Shown in pieces: positions 26,601 through 38,700 of a stretch of DNA of 64,000 nucleotides. A program made the translations under genes and the position numbers. Source of the DNA: Cenococcum geophilum (Eukaryota); assembly GCA_050273025.1 (NCBI GenBank), contig CP158635.1:27528001-27592000 (forward strand). The letters run 5' to 3'. Each line of letters opens with the position of its first letter. Positions within the stretch are counted from its first letter, which is position 1. The notes under the pieces were generated by a model, which searched no databases, was not told where the DNA came from, and saw only the letters and a list, made by a program, of their open reading frames with translations.

Positions 26601-28900
26601 TAACTATAATATTTAGATTAACTGCCTGCTATAACTATAAGAACAGGCTAATAGCCTTACTAATCATAAAGCACACGCATATAGCTGCTTTTGGTTCGTA
26701 TAGAAGCTAGAATTCTTAGGGGCAGTATATCAATTATATAAGGGTATTATAATACGGTTCTTGTATAGTAAGGATATAGTATTTCTTTGGGTCTAGACTG
26801 TCTAGTAAGGGCCTTACAAGGCGGTGGTTTGTATTACCGCAGTTATACTATATAATAGATAGGTGGCGGACCCCCAGTGAGGGTCCTTTAACTCTCCTTT
26901 ATTCCTCACTTCTTCTATTTCCACTTTCTCTAGGATATTTGGAGCTTCTGTCTCTTATATCTATACCCTAGTTACTACTTATTTTATATAGAGCTTTCTA
27001 TTCCCGTATCTTATGTTCCTGTTAGCGCTTCTATATCTAAATCTATTATTATTACTAGTTCTTCCCCTGTTCTTACTAGTTAGCTATATACCCTTTATAG
27101 GTCGGCTGCGAATGTTATATTTGCCGCATTAAGTCTAATTCTTAATTGTCCTAGTCTTAAGCCTACTGTCACTATCCATAGGGGTCTTCCTATAAGGCGT
27201 CCTCTCCCTTATATCCCCTGTGACCCTTATATCCCTAATCGGTCTAGTGATGTTGTATAGCGTCGCTTCTGGCCCGTTAAGGCTTGGGATGGCTAGCCTA
27301 GCCCTCTAGTATTAAAGGTAGGAAACGCTAGGAAGGCGCCTACGTCCCCCTAGCTTATTGCCTATTGTTTCCATTTATATAACCTAGCGTGCAGTTATTC
27401 CCGCAGCTGTTAAGCCCTTGCCTTCCGTCTCCTATATTCAATGCAGTCTTCTCTCTCCCACGCCTTATATGTGCTTTAGTGGCAGTTCGCGCATTTTGTT
27501 TAGTCTTAATTTAAGCAATATCTCGTATTATAGGGGCCTGTATAGTGGCCGCAGCACACCTATGCTGCGTATATAGATTGGGTGTGTCCCTATTATATAT
27601 AGCGATAGCATCATTCTAGGCGTAGTCTGTGGTTGTAGAGCCTTATGTTGTATATAAGGCTATTTATAATTATTCCTTTTTAGATAAGGAGTTTTTGCAT
27701 TCCTAGTGTATGTGTGCTGATGATGAGGGAGCTATGCGTTCGTCCGGCGTCTCCCTAGCGAGTCTCCGGCGACCCTTATATCCTCTTATTGTTCTCGTTA
27801 TGTGCTTAGTTTGCATTTTCCTGTTAAAGCCATTGAATTCGGGTGATTTTGAGTCCTGATATGAGGCGTTCCGTTTATCTTACTATCTCCTATATAATTG
27901 CTGTGTTGTTCGCTTAGCATCCCTTTTCTACCCTAAGGCTTATAGGAACCGCTAGGACTTTAATTAGGTAATCCTTACGGAGTACTTTTATACCAATACG
28001 TTCTCCTAGCCTATCCCCTACCCTTATGGCTCGTTCCTTTGCCTATTAGTCCTTTAGGGTAACTCTAATATCTCCGCTCTTAAGGTGTTGGACTACAACA
28101 GCGTTATAGACCTCTTTGCGTATCTTTATAAGGACTTCTGTTTCTAATTATCCCCTAAGCCCCTCTACTTATTCTATATTTGGTTATATTATAATTATAT
28201 ACCCAGTTATTAACTTAAGGGGGGTGGGTTCCCTATACTATAAAAGCGCAGCTACGGCGGCCTAGGTGTGGTTCACCGGTAAAGGGGGGTTATACTTATT
28301 TTTAATTTTACTTAGCCGTTGGAGGATTTAATTAAGGGTTTACTGGAGGGGTGCCTAAGGTTCGCTAGACTAGCGGAGCCATTCTACTAGCTGCATTAGT
28401 TTGTTATGGCTAACGGTTACTCCCCCGCAATTTTGGATACTAGATGCGTCTAATAGGCTTTATATTTTGTTAGATGCCTTCTTAATAGAGGTATTTCCGC
28501 TTTATGGTGTGGTATTCGCCCGTTTTTGTTGTGGAGGGCCATTGCTGGGCGTAGTTCTAGCGGTCGCGCGTGAGTGCGAGCCACCGTCATTTAACGTGTG
28601 CCTCCCCTGCGATGCATGCATCTCAGGGGGATTCTCTGGGTGTTTTTTAGGGTTCTTTTGGTTGGTTTTGGTCTTTTTAGGCCGGGTGCAGCAAGAGCTC
28701 CTTTAGTTATATTTATCTAGCCAATCTATAACTAGGTATTAAATAACTTAATTAATCTGCCCTTAATGAGTTTAATTTATAGCTAGGCGGTGATCTTTCC
28801 GCTATATTTAATAAGCTTAATCTCCATAATAATAATAATAAGCTAGATGGCTTCATACTCCCTATTAACTTTACTTAAACCCAGCTTTAACCTACGTATA
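20650..28900 (+). pseudogene. DUF6589-like putative Academ transposase (RIPed; 3' end interrupted by the LINE; boundaries approximate)
   Basis: After reverting RIP changes: LFLIYGDQKT (~22032-22060) and LPIPALWHLKLNYL (~22133-22175). Probable intron at ~21473-21521. Confidence 0.6.
23165..28725 (-). mobile_element. Tad1-like non-LTR retrotransposon (LINE), apparently full length, RIP-inactivated
   Basis: 17-bp TSD CTATAACTAGGTATTAA at 23148-23164 and 28726-28742. Minus-strand ORF1 with CCHC knuckles (~27450-27620). ORF2 with APE motif ILAIQEP (~26755-26780), RT motifs GIPQGSPLSPILF (~24870-24905) and GFVDD (~24795). Confidence 0.88.
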
Positions 28901-28999
28901 AGTTACTTAATAAGTAATATAAGATATTAGCTATAAGCTATTACTATAACCGTTTAATATCCGCTATAGTTAGTAGCACTAGTATATATTCCTAAGTAA

Positions 29000-31669
29000 T
29001 TAATATTATTAATTAATTAATCTATTTAGTTCCTAGGCCGTACTTACTAGGGGTATAGGGTATAAGGGAAAGAGGGGGCGTTATCCTAATAGATATTAGC
29101 TACTATAATTATAATATCCGCTTAGCGGATATAAGGTAAACTTACCTAGTATTAGCTAACCCCGCCTAATATTAACTAACCTCGCCTAATATTAGCCCGC
29201 TATATACTAATTAGCATTACCGTTAATTTCCTATAGTGCTCTTTATATATATTTGCCTCTATTTAATTACGCTAACCGCCTTTATGGTACTAATAAAGAT
29301 ATATCTAACTAGCGGGTTACTAGCGGTATAGATATATCTAACGGCTGGTATAAGGGTAATAATAAAGGAGTAGGAGCTAGAGACCCAAGAGTTAGTAAAG
29401 GTATAGGTATATCCTCTTCCTAAGTTATTAGTAAGAGGTTTATAGCTAACTATTAACTAGCCTATAATATATCAGCGCTATAGTAAGGCGCTAATTGCCA
29501 CGGCGCTAATATTTTAAATCTTCTATCTAAAACCTGCGAAGCCTATATAAGAGCCTATAATAAGCGCTTATCCGCAGTAGCGTGCTACTCTAATACTTAG
29601 GAAAACCGCTCTAATATCTATATAATTAACCCAGAAGAACCTAAGAGTTGCCCTATTTCTTTCTATTTCTGCTTTTATTTCTTATCTACTAAAAGCTTAA
29701 TAAGGGATAGAAGCTCCTTACCGAGGATATTAGGATCCCACTTAGGTATTGCTTGCTTTAATAATGCCGTATTTAGAACCCACTTTATATTATAGAGGCG
29801 ATAAAGCTGCTTATCCGGTATAATATAATTAACTATAGGCGTTTATAATGTATCCTAATACCTAGCCTCCGCCTATTACGTAAACTACTTCTATATATTA
29901 CTTAATATAGGCTCCCGGCAAGTTTTTATAATATCCGCACTATAGCTAGTATAAATATCGTACTTGCAATCTATAAATATTGCTAGGTTATAGTTACTGC
30001 AATATAAGTCTTTACTAATAGTAGACTGTAGGTCTTTATAGTATATAAGTTATATTACTTATAAGTATACCTAATCCTTATTAACTAGCCGCTATAGGGT
30101 AAACGGCAGTTTACCACGTAACTGCGCATTAGTTAACCGCTTCTTTAGGCGTAGGGTTGGTATAATAAGCTCTTTAGGTAGGCGTACTATAGAACCACTA
30201 GGGCTTAACCCACGCCCGCTTCTTATATCTACCAACTGCTTAGTACTAACTAACGCTATAGATAAAGTATCGCCCGCAATATCCGCAGTCTCTGCGTTTT
30301 ATCGCCCGCGGATATTATTACGTAGTACGCTTACGCGAAGATCGCCTATATACTAAGGTTATATATGCTTAGAACCACCTAATTTATCGTAAGGACCCTA
30401 CTAGCGGCTCTTAACTATAAAGATTGCTTCGCCTAAAAGGCCTTTTCCTCGGCCTACCCGGCCAAACCGCTATACTAGCATATTACAGGATTTATAGCAA
30501 GGCATTCTATATTAAATTAAACGGTAAATATCTAGGACATCTATACCATATACTACTGCATCTAATATAACAAAAATTCGAATTTAAGATGTTAGGCGCG
30601 CGTATTTGGCGTATAAGCGGTCTTTATTAATATCCGCAAGCGTTACATAGTAGCTCTACACCGCTTCTCTAGCAATAGCAGTATTGTAGCCGCAATAGAT
30701 CAACTAGCTGCGAATAGTATTACAATAGGCAGCTATCCACTCCTTAGAATTAAAGAAGATAATTGTCTTTAGAATTAGCTAAAGTTAATTAAACTATTAG
30801 CGGTATATTTGCTGTACAGATATTAAGCGGCTTCTTAATTGCTCGCCTTCTCCTTGGTTACTATTACTAGTAATATACAAATATACTAGAGTAGCAGTAA
30901 TAGTAAAGTAAAGAGTTTAAAAGTCCTTCTTCTCTAGCACAGTTATAACCCTCTATATAATCTTTAGCTCCGGCCAATTAATTAGGGTTTTAATAACTTA
31001 TATATTAGGTTTAAACCTAGCTAGCTTATATACAGTCCAAAACGTAGATAGATCTAGTATTGCGGTATATGCAAACTAAGGCTTATTAACTAAGACTAAA
31101 CGTACTTTAAAGAGTTATATGTACGCTATACGGAAGGTCTCTCCCCAATTAGTAAGTAGGTGTACTTTATTAACCACTATAAGGGCAATATAGGAACGAA
31201 ATATTGGGTCTATTAGAACCTTATATAGCTTATTACTAACCAAAAGCTCTAGGGAGATAAGGATATATATATAGCTGCCTATACGGATATCCTTAATTAG
31301 CTTAGCGGATATTGTTTTCTCCTATATATAAACAGGTCAAATATAAGGTAGCTTTATAATCTTTTTTACTTACTCTAACCTAATCGCGTTAAGTAAAAGA
31401 ATAATAATAATAACTACATTAGGTACAAGATATAGTAGTGCTTACATTATTATACTCTTGCTAAAAGACGTCTTTGCCATAAGCATAAAATCTTACCGCT
31501 TAAATATTAGCACCCTTAGGGCCTTAAGCTGCTCCGTATAACCATAGTACAGATATATCTCCGCAATAGCTTTATCTAGCTTACTTATTTAAAGTTTATA
31601 AGAGCTACTTATAAGCTAGGGTAGCTCCCTCCGCAGGCTATATAGCCGTAGAGACTGCTAGAGATCCAT
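29000..31669 (-). pseudogene. RecQ-like superfamily II helicase of the AcademH-like element (RIPed; 3' end approximate)
   Basis: After reverting RIP changes: AKTSFGKS (~31455-31480), VVDEVHLLTNWG (~31145-31180), FACTATLD (~31050-31076), GMDVPDI (~30530-30550), QRFGRVGRG (~30447-30472). Confidence 0.8.
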
Positions 31670-32644
31670 TTTAATATAATCCCCAGCCTATTACATATTG
31701 CTAGCTTATTAATCTACTTAACTAGCTTATAGTTTGCAACCTCTTTGCCTTATTTACTTTAATAGAGGTATTAGTAAATAGCGCTTAAAAGTAATAAAGG
31801 GAGAATAAAGGGTTAGATAAAGGTAGGGAGGACTTAAACATATTATAATAGATAGATCTTAATAGGTTTTAATTATTGGATTATAGATATAATGGATAGA
31901 GAGTGGGTAGTTAAGATTAACGCGTCGTTGGTGCGGATATTGCTAATTATTTACTTTGGCAAACCGCGTTACAGCTATTTTAAAATTAATGTTAGGAATA
32001 GGAAGGCGGGGAGACTTCTTACGTAGACCATTTGATTTGCCGGAGCCTAGTGTATAATTAATGGATTTTTTAAGCTGCCTAAACTTGTCGTAAGAATAAG
32101 AAGTGAATATCCGTAATATTAGCCATGCGGATATTGCGACGTGCTTTATAAACGTTGGCCAAAGTGTCTCAGACCACACAGGGACAGATGGCCTAAACTA
32201 GTTTAGTGCCATCGGGCCGGATTTATCCGGCGTCCCATGTGGTCTGAGCATGCTGAGACAACGGCTCCCGCTCGCCGGCATCAAGCTCTTTATAAAACCC
32301 TAATCTCTGCCCAGCCCTAGCGCCGCGAGCCGAGCCTGCTGCCCTTCCCGTGAGAGCAAGGCCCGCAGCTCCCGCCGTACCAACCGCCACACACCCCCGC
32401 ATATCTCGACCGACCGCCGAAGTCGCTGAAAGTAGCGGTGCTGTGGGACAACGGCGCCGATCCTAATCCCTGCCAATCTGTGAGACTTTAAGAAAGAGAG
32501 TTGATCCGCACGAGCCTAGAAAGAGCCGCTCAAATTTTCGGGATACGGAGAAGACGTTCCGTTTGTGCAAATCCGGCAAGCGATATATTCGACCATCACT
32601 ACCGGCCGTCACAACCTGGCTAATTTACTTCTAGAAGTTTCGTA

Positions 32645-34264
32645 ATGGTGCTCACCCAAGTCCTTGAACAATGTAAGGGTAATTGAAATCGTAAATCAGG
32701 ATTCACTACGTCGCTGCTGAACATACTACAAGCTTTAGGGAAATGGCAGTCGAGGCAAGCTAATGTCGAATCACCATGTGTAAGTGCCCTTGAGACCTGG
32801 ATGGATGCCTTGATCTAACCACGCTTAGATGGAGTCATTCCCCTCCCCATGCTACATGTGAGTCTGCCTTCCAGAAGATTATTCGGTACGGCATAGTCTA
32901 AGCCCCGTAGTTTCGTGGCCGAAGACTCATTTCCGAGTGAGGAACATGAACGTAGAAGGCTGCTGCGCCATTTCAGGATCCCGGCATTCGTACTTACAGA
33001 TGTGTGCTTCAAATCAAACGGCTATTTTGGGCATGAGAGCGCATACGATAAAGCTGGAAAAATGAACGGCTACAGTATACCTAAGACAATCACCCCAACC
33101 AGGCGGTCCAGCTGACTCTAGTTTAAGCCACGTGGTTCCGATACATTATCAAAATCGTCGATCCAAGCGTTAAGTCTGATTCAAATTATACCTGGCATGA
33201 AATGAGCTTCTTCACACAATGGTGCCCAGGTTACTGCATGTGTATAATTGTGGGAGCTCCTGATGAACTACGAAAAGGTCTCGAGGGTTTCCTATTAGAG
33301 AATCCTAACAGCCTTAATTTTACTGATCCATTCGCAATGCATGTGCCACTAATGGACCGGATTATCAAAATGTACGATACATCTGTGTGGTTAGTAAGGG
33401 ACTTGGTTCGAATGATAGAGAAGGTTAGTTTTTGAATCTTAAGCGAAGTTCACTTGTGGCTTAATTGGATGTCATAATAGTCTCGAGCCCGCGATCCCGA
33501 TATTGAGCCCGATTTCAGCAAAATGCATGAAGATGCCAGGCATGCAATTCACTGTTCTGAAACATTAGAGGTCGCCGCAGAGGTAATGGCACAAATAAAA
33601 AGGGGCCACGCTGCGTTTCACAAGAAACGTGCAGAGGATGCAGCTTTGCCAGAACTAGCTGTCGAGAAGAGTCAGAGCTATATGGGCTTTCAATTGCAGA
33701 TGCTCAAAAACCTCAAATTGCGATCGCAGGCGAACCATGAGAGACTGAACAACGAAGTAACTTTGGTAATATGGCTGTTATAGAAAGGAGGAGAAATCAA
33801 GCTAATCATCCTATAGGCTTACAACATGATCATGCAGCGAGATAGTAAAGTCATGATGGCTATAGGGCAAGCAGCTAAGGATGACAGTAAAGTCATGGTG
33901 GCCATAGGGCAAGCGGCTAAGGATGACAGCTCTGCTATGAGAGCTATTGCAGTGGTGACAATGGCATTCTTGCCTGCCACCTTCACGGCTGTAAGTTTAC
34001 ATTTAATCTGATAACGGTCGCCTACCTTATGTCGCTAAGATATGCAAACAGGCTGTGTTTAGCATGAGTTTCTTTAACTTCACACCAGGAAATGGATCTC
34101 ACCCCGGGAGCTGGAGCATATCTAGGGAGTTTTGGATCTATTGGGTGTTCGCTCTTCCATTAACGGGTGTAACAATTGCGACATGGTTTCGGTGGCAGGC
34201 ATGGATAAATAGACCACCGAAGATTCAACAGAAGGAGCATCGACGGTTGCCATACAGCTGTTAG
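32645..34264 (+). CDS. Fungal CorA-like domain protein, multi-exon (5' exons tentative)
   Basis: In-phase exons can be threaded from ATG 32645. C-terminal SSAMRAIAVVTMAFLPATFTA|AVFSMSFF..FWIYWVFALPLT gives two TM helices of the CorA-like type. Confidence 0.78.
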
Positions 34265-35010
34265 TGCTACTTTAGCCAGTTCCGCTCATGTTCTATTACT
34301 AAAAGAGACTGTTAGCGGCATAGTGGTACACGTCTGTACTAGCGAATGAACATAGAGCAGTCCGGCGTAAAGATTTCTGCATGATCAAGCTCCTGTTCCG
34401 GCATGGAGCAAACCGAACTAACGAGATCATCTCTCCAAGCTGACCGCGTGGCATCACCTGCTCCATATGGTGGATAACTTCTGTAGCGATCGTCCAGAGG
34501 ACTAGTACAATAGTGTTGGCCTCTTTATCGAGTACGGAGCAGAACCACGCATTAAGCATGACAGCAGAACCCCCTTTCATGTTATTGAGACCGCCTTTGG
34601 TCGGTGGGATTTCGACAAGATGGTCAAAATGCTAGGAAAGCAAAAAGGTAATTAATACTTAGAACCCTCTAGACGGATAATAGGGGCCTATCTGAAATTA
34701 GCATATAGGAACTAGAAGATCACATAATAAGCTCGGAGCCGTGCTTCTGACACAGAAAGTAGCACACTCGTCACTATACTGCAGATCTAGCCTTTAGACT
34801 CAAGTTCAACATTGTAACCCAATATTCTACCAGCAATCAACCCAATGAGAAGTAATAGTCCACAGTTTTAAGTGCTCTACGCCACTGAATAATGCCACTT
34901 GAAAGGTTGCGAGTCGTTGCTACTAGTACTATTTTCTTTTTGGTTAATAGGACACTCAAAATATTCCTTCACTCCCATCAAGGTCAATCTCTCTCAGCTG
35001 CCACTTTTTG

Positions 35011-35635
35011 CTAGTTTCCGAAAATTGACAAGTTCCCAATAAGTGGGGCCTAACCAGAGTTCAACTTTGATATAACCACAGGAATATGGTGATAGGCTTA
35101 ACGTTACCATATAAACCAGAGTTCTCGTCTTGACTCTCCATCCATTACCAGTCTTAACAAGGGCATCGTCATACCTTCCCCACGCCGTCAAAAGCTCACC
35201 CTCATATACCCCCCGCCCGAAATGCGACGCAGTGAAATACGTCTTCGAGCTCGCAGTTTGGGGCCCGCCAAGGTCAATGAGCTGAGTGGTCAAAGCATGC
35301 TGCGTATGAACGGGCGCAAGGCTGCGGTTGTAAGGTACGGTATTTAGTATTAATACAAGCGATTGAAATTTGCAGGAGGTACGAAAACCAACTAACCTCG
35401 CACTAAGAGCACTCTTCACTGCGTCTAGGCCGTTCAACACGTTAATCGGCGCCGAGTAATTTGCAACCACATCTTCTGTGAAGACATTTGCTAGTGCATC
35501 AAAATCCTTTGAGTCAATTGCGAAAGGGTATGCTGAAAGAGTTCGTTTGATGGCAATGTAATTGGCTGAGTCCGAGTTGTCTCCCCATGAAAGTACAGGT
35601 AAGGAGAAGCCAAAGAAAATGATCTGCCATTTCAT
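35011..35635 (-). CDS. Secreted SnoaL-like (NTF2-fold) small protein with two introns
   Basis: Signal peptide; IKRTLSAYPFAIDSKDFDALANVFTED..GRYDDALVKTGNGWRVKTR pattern; last exon APLIGNLSIFGN* after a GTAACG..TTAG intron. Confidence 0.82.
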
Positions 35636-35764
35636 GATTGTAGGTGAATGGTAATTTAGAAATGCAAGGATTTTATAGGTAGATAAATGAAATACAAAAG
35701 TCTTAAAAGGAGCGGGGAATTACGCGAAGGATGCACTGCGAAAGTGCTGCGAAAATTCGATTAC

Positions 35765-38700
35765 TGTTGGGAATAGGGCAAATTGCCGCCATATGCGGCA
35801 AATTGCCGTCACGTGAGGCAAGTTGCCGTCACGTGTTGCCGCGGCACTAGCGTGGTAAGGAACCTTAAGTTCCTTACCCTTCCCCTTTCTTAGAATAAAA
35901 ACAACAATAATTATCATACTATCTACGAACCGTAGCTACGTGATATCCCCCTTATGTAACCAACACTAATTAGTGGTTAACTTTACAGTTATGTTATAGA
36001 ACAGCTAGGTATTCACTAAGAAGAGACAAGCCACTGTACTAGTACTACTTATGCTAAGGGAAGCTGTCTTTTAAGGTTAAAACTAGTCCTAAACCTTAAA
36101 TAAAACTCTTCTATAAATCTAAGGATTTAAAGGCCAGAATTAGTCCTAAGCCTTTCCTAGATTATAGATTCTTACGTCTATTACGCAGAATAATATACTT
36201 TATAAGTCTTCACGATTTAAGGCTAGAACTAGTCCTAAGCCCTATAATTATAAATATATATCACGAACGCGTACTAAATAACAATCCCTATACCACTAAT
36301 ATTCCCTTCCTTTAAAGATATAACTATGGCTACTCTAAACAACTAGAGAGACTCCTTACTACTAGAGGTAGCTATATACGCGAAACTTATTAATAAAGAT
36401 TAGGACATATTTACCTTTAATATAATAACCTATACCGTAAAATAAGTTAATAGCTTTTTTTTATACTATATTCTATTCTACTAAAATAGCTATTACGCTA
36501 ATTTACAGTTATAGGAATACTTTAGGGAGGATTTTATAGGATGGACCGCTGATACCTAGGTACTTAGTAATGTTAATATTATTTAGGATTTTTAAAACTC
36601 CCTCTAAAGGAATAGGGTATATATTGCTAAAAACGGTAACCTAATTACTAGTAATATTTATGCCGTTCTTATTAGTATAAAAGAACTAGTATAGACGGAA
36701 GCTAAGATTATACGTTAACTATAGAAACCTAAAACTAACTTATATTCTTTAAAAGGCAACTTTAATTTAGAACGAAACCCCTAGAACGCTACTCTCCTAC
36801 CTAAAGGTACTCTCCTACCTAGAGGTGCTTTTCCTCTACCTTTACTACCTCTAACTCCTTTATCCCAGCTAACTAATAAGCCTCTATTTTAAGAAGTTAT
36901 AAATCTAATAAAGGTATATTTAGACAAAGAGAAGAAGTTTAAAGGAGAATTATATAATATACTTAGAGCAAAACTATAGGTTTTTTATAACTGCTATAAT
37001 AAAGTTAGAATTTAACGCCACTAGTTCTATTATACTTTCTCTATTATATTAAAGGGATAGGCGGCAACGTTCTATTACAACTATATTATAGGTAAAAACT
37101 ATAGCTTTAATATAATGCTTTAGCTTACTAGAGCCCACTTTAAAACTAATAAGAACCGCTAACTCTATATATCCAAATAGCGGGAGACTATATTTTAGAG
37201 AGTTATTGCTTTTAATCTAATAACAACTTGCCTAGAGTGTCTTTAACTACTCTTTAATAAACTCTAGAAAATCTAATATAGTTTTACCGAAACCTACTAA
37301 AATAAGAATAGTCTAAGGGACTAGGTTATCTTAGTATACCATAGCATTCCTAAGTATAACTTAGCGCTATATAAACCTATAGATATATTTAAAGAAGTAT
37401 ATACCAAACTACGCTTTATTATAGGCACTATAATGCGAATATAAGAACCCCAACAATTCTATACTAAAAACCCTATTTAAACCGGAATTCTAGACTAATA
37501 TAATTATAACTAGACTAATTAAATATATAGTGGCCGGAGTAGGGGATATAGTAAAGGGTATAATTAATATTAACTATAAAGTAATTATGGAGGTTCTTAT
37601 AGAGGTTTATTTCGGAACAACTATTAAAAGAAGTGCTACGTTTATAAGAAGCTAAATTACTAGTTAAATAGATACTCTCTTAATAAGCGAAAGGAGGCAT
37701 ATAATAAGTTCCAACAGAGTATAAGAAATATTAAAAATTATAAGATTATTACGGCCTACTTCTAAAGCTTTCTAGTCTAATATAAAGGCATAGAAGACCT
37801 TAAGGATAAGGTTAATAAGGCTAAATAGCTCCTTATAGATATAGACATTAAGGACTACTCTCCCAACTAATACTTTACTAAGTATAGTAAGGTAAATGGT
37901 ATATAAACTATTGCTATCCTTAATAACTAATCTACGTTCCATTCTGTTATAAAGTTAGATATCTTTAATAAGCTAAAGGAAAGTTCCGCGTTCTCCTTTA
38001 ACGATAAATACTCGGCGAATGTCTTCTACAGTATTATACCAGATACTAGAGCCATAGGAGTATCTATAGTAAAAGAACCTTAAGTTTAAGCTCTTTAGCA
38101 GCTTAATAGCTCTATTTAAATTAACTAATTAACGGTAGGCCAATATACAATTCGCTTCGGTAAGGGTACTATAATCTCTCTTAGCACAATTAAGGTCTAA
38201 ACCCTATTAGGATATATTACCTTCCATATTATTCCCATAAATACCCCGTTCCTATTCTATATCTAAGATATAAATAAATTAGGCGTTAAGCTTAATAACC
38301 TTAAGAATATGCTTATTTAGGGAGATAATTAAGTGCCTGTTATACGTAAGTAGGGTCACCCTTAGTTACTCCTCTAATAACTAAAAAGGAGCGTTGCTTA
38401 GAGTTACTTAACTAAGTTAGAGCTACGTTAACTATACCGTTGTTTTAGCCACCTATTCGTTTACTAACTACTTAGGGTTCTTTAATAAGCAGGTTATAAA
38501 GTTAAGGTTAAGGCAATTAAGCATCTTATAAAGTACTATTATTACTACTAAATAAACTAAAAGTCCCCTGGCCGATTTAAGTTCACCCTTAAAGATAACT
38601 ATAACTTTAACTTCTATATTATTATTAATGTTATATATCTTAACGGCAAGCTAGTCCTTTAAGCTATTAACTTATTAACCTCCTTTTAAGCTATACGTTT

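Larger units (their letters stand above)
20241..32261. mobile_element. AcademH-like DNA transposon (transposase plus RecQ-like helicase), RIP-inactivated
   Basis: TIR TTGACTCAGCATGCTCAGACCA versus TGGTCTGAGCATGCTGAGACAA. 9-bp TSD CGGCTCCCG at 20232-20240 and 32262-32270. Two convergent degenerate genes. Confidence 0.82.
20207..32459 (+). pseudogene. Amidase gene fragment (20207-20240 plus 32271-32459) split by the AcademH-like element
   Basis: Rejoined it reads YGLRPTNYRLP|LAGIKLFIKTLISAQP*RREPSLLPFP*..PKSLKVAVLWDNG, matching the intact amidase at ~60208-60493 at DNA level. Confidence 0.85.

Noticed and set aside
34299..34580. 93-aa minus-strand ORF
   Set aside because: No identifiable domain; may be a gene relic but unsupported.
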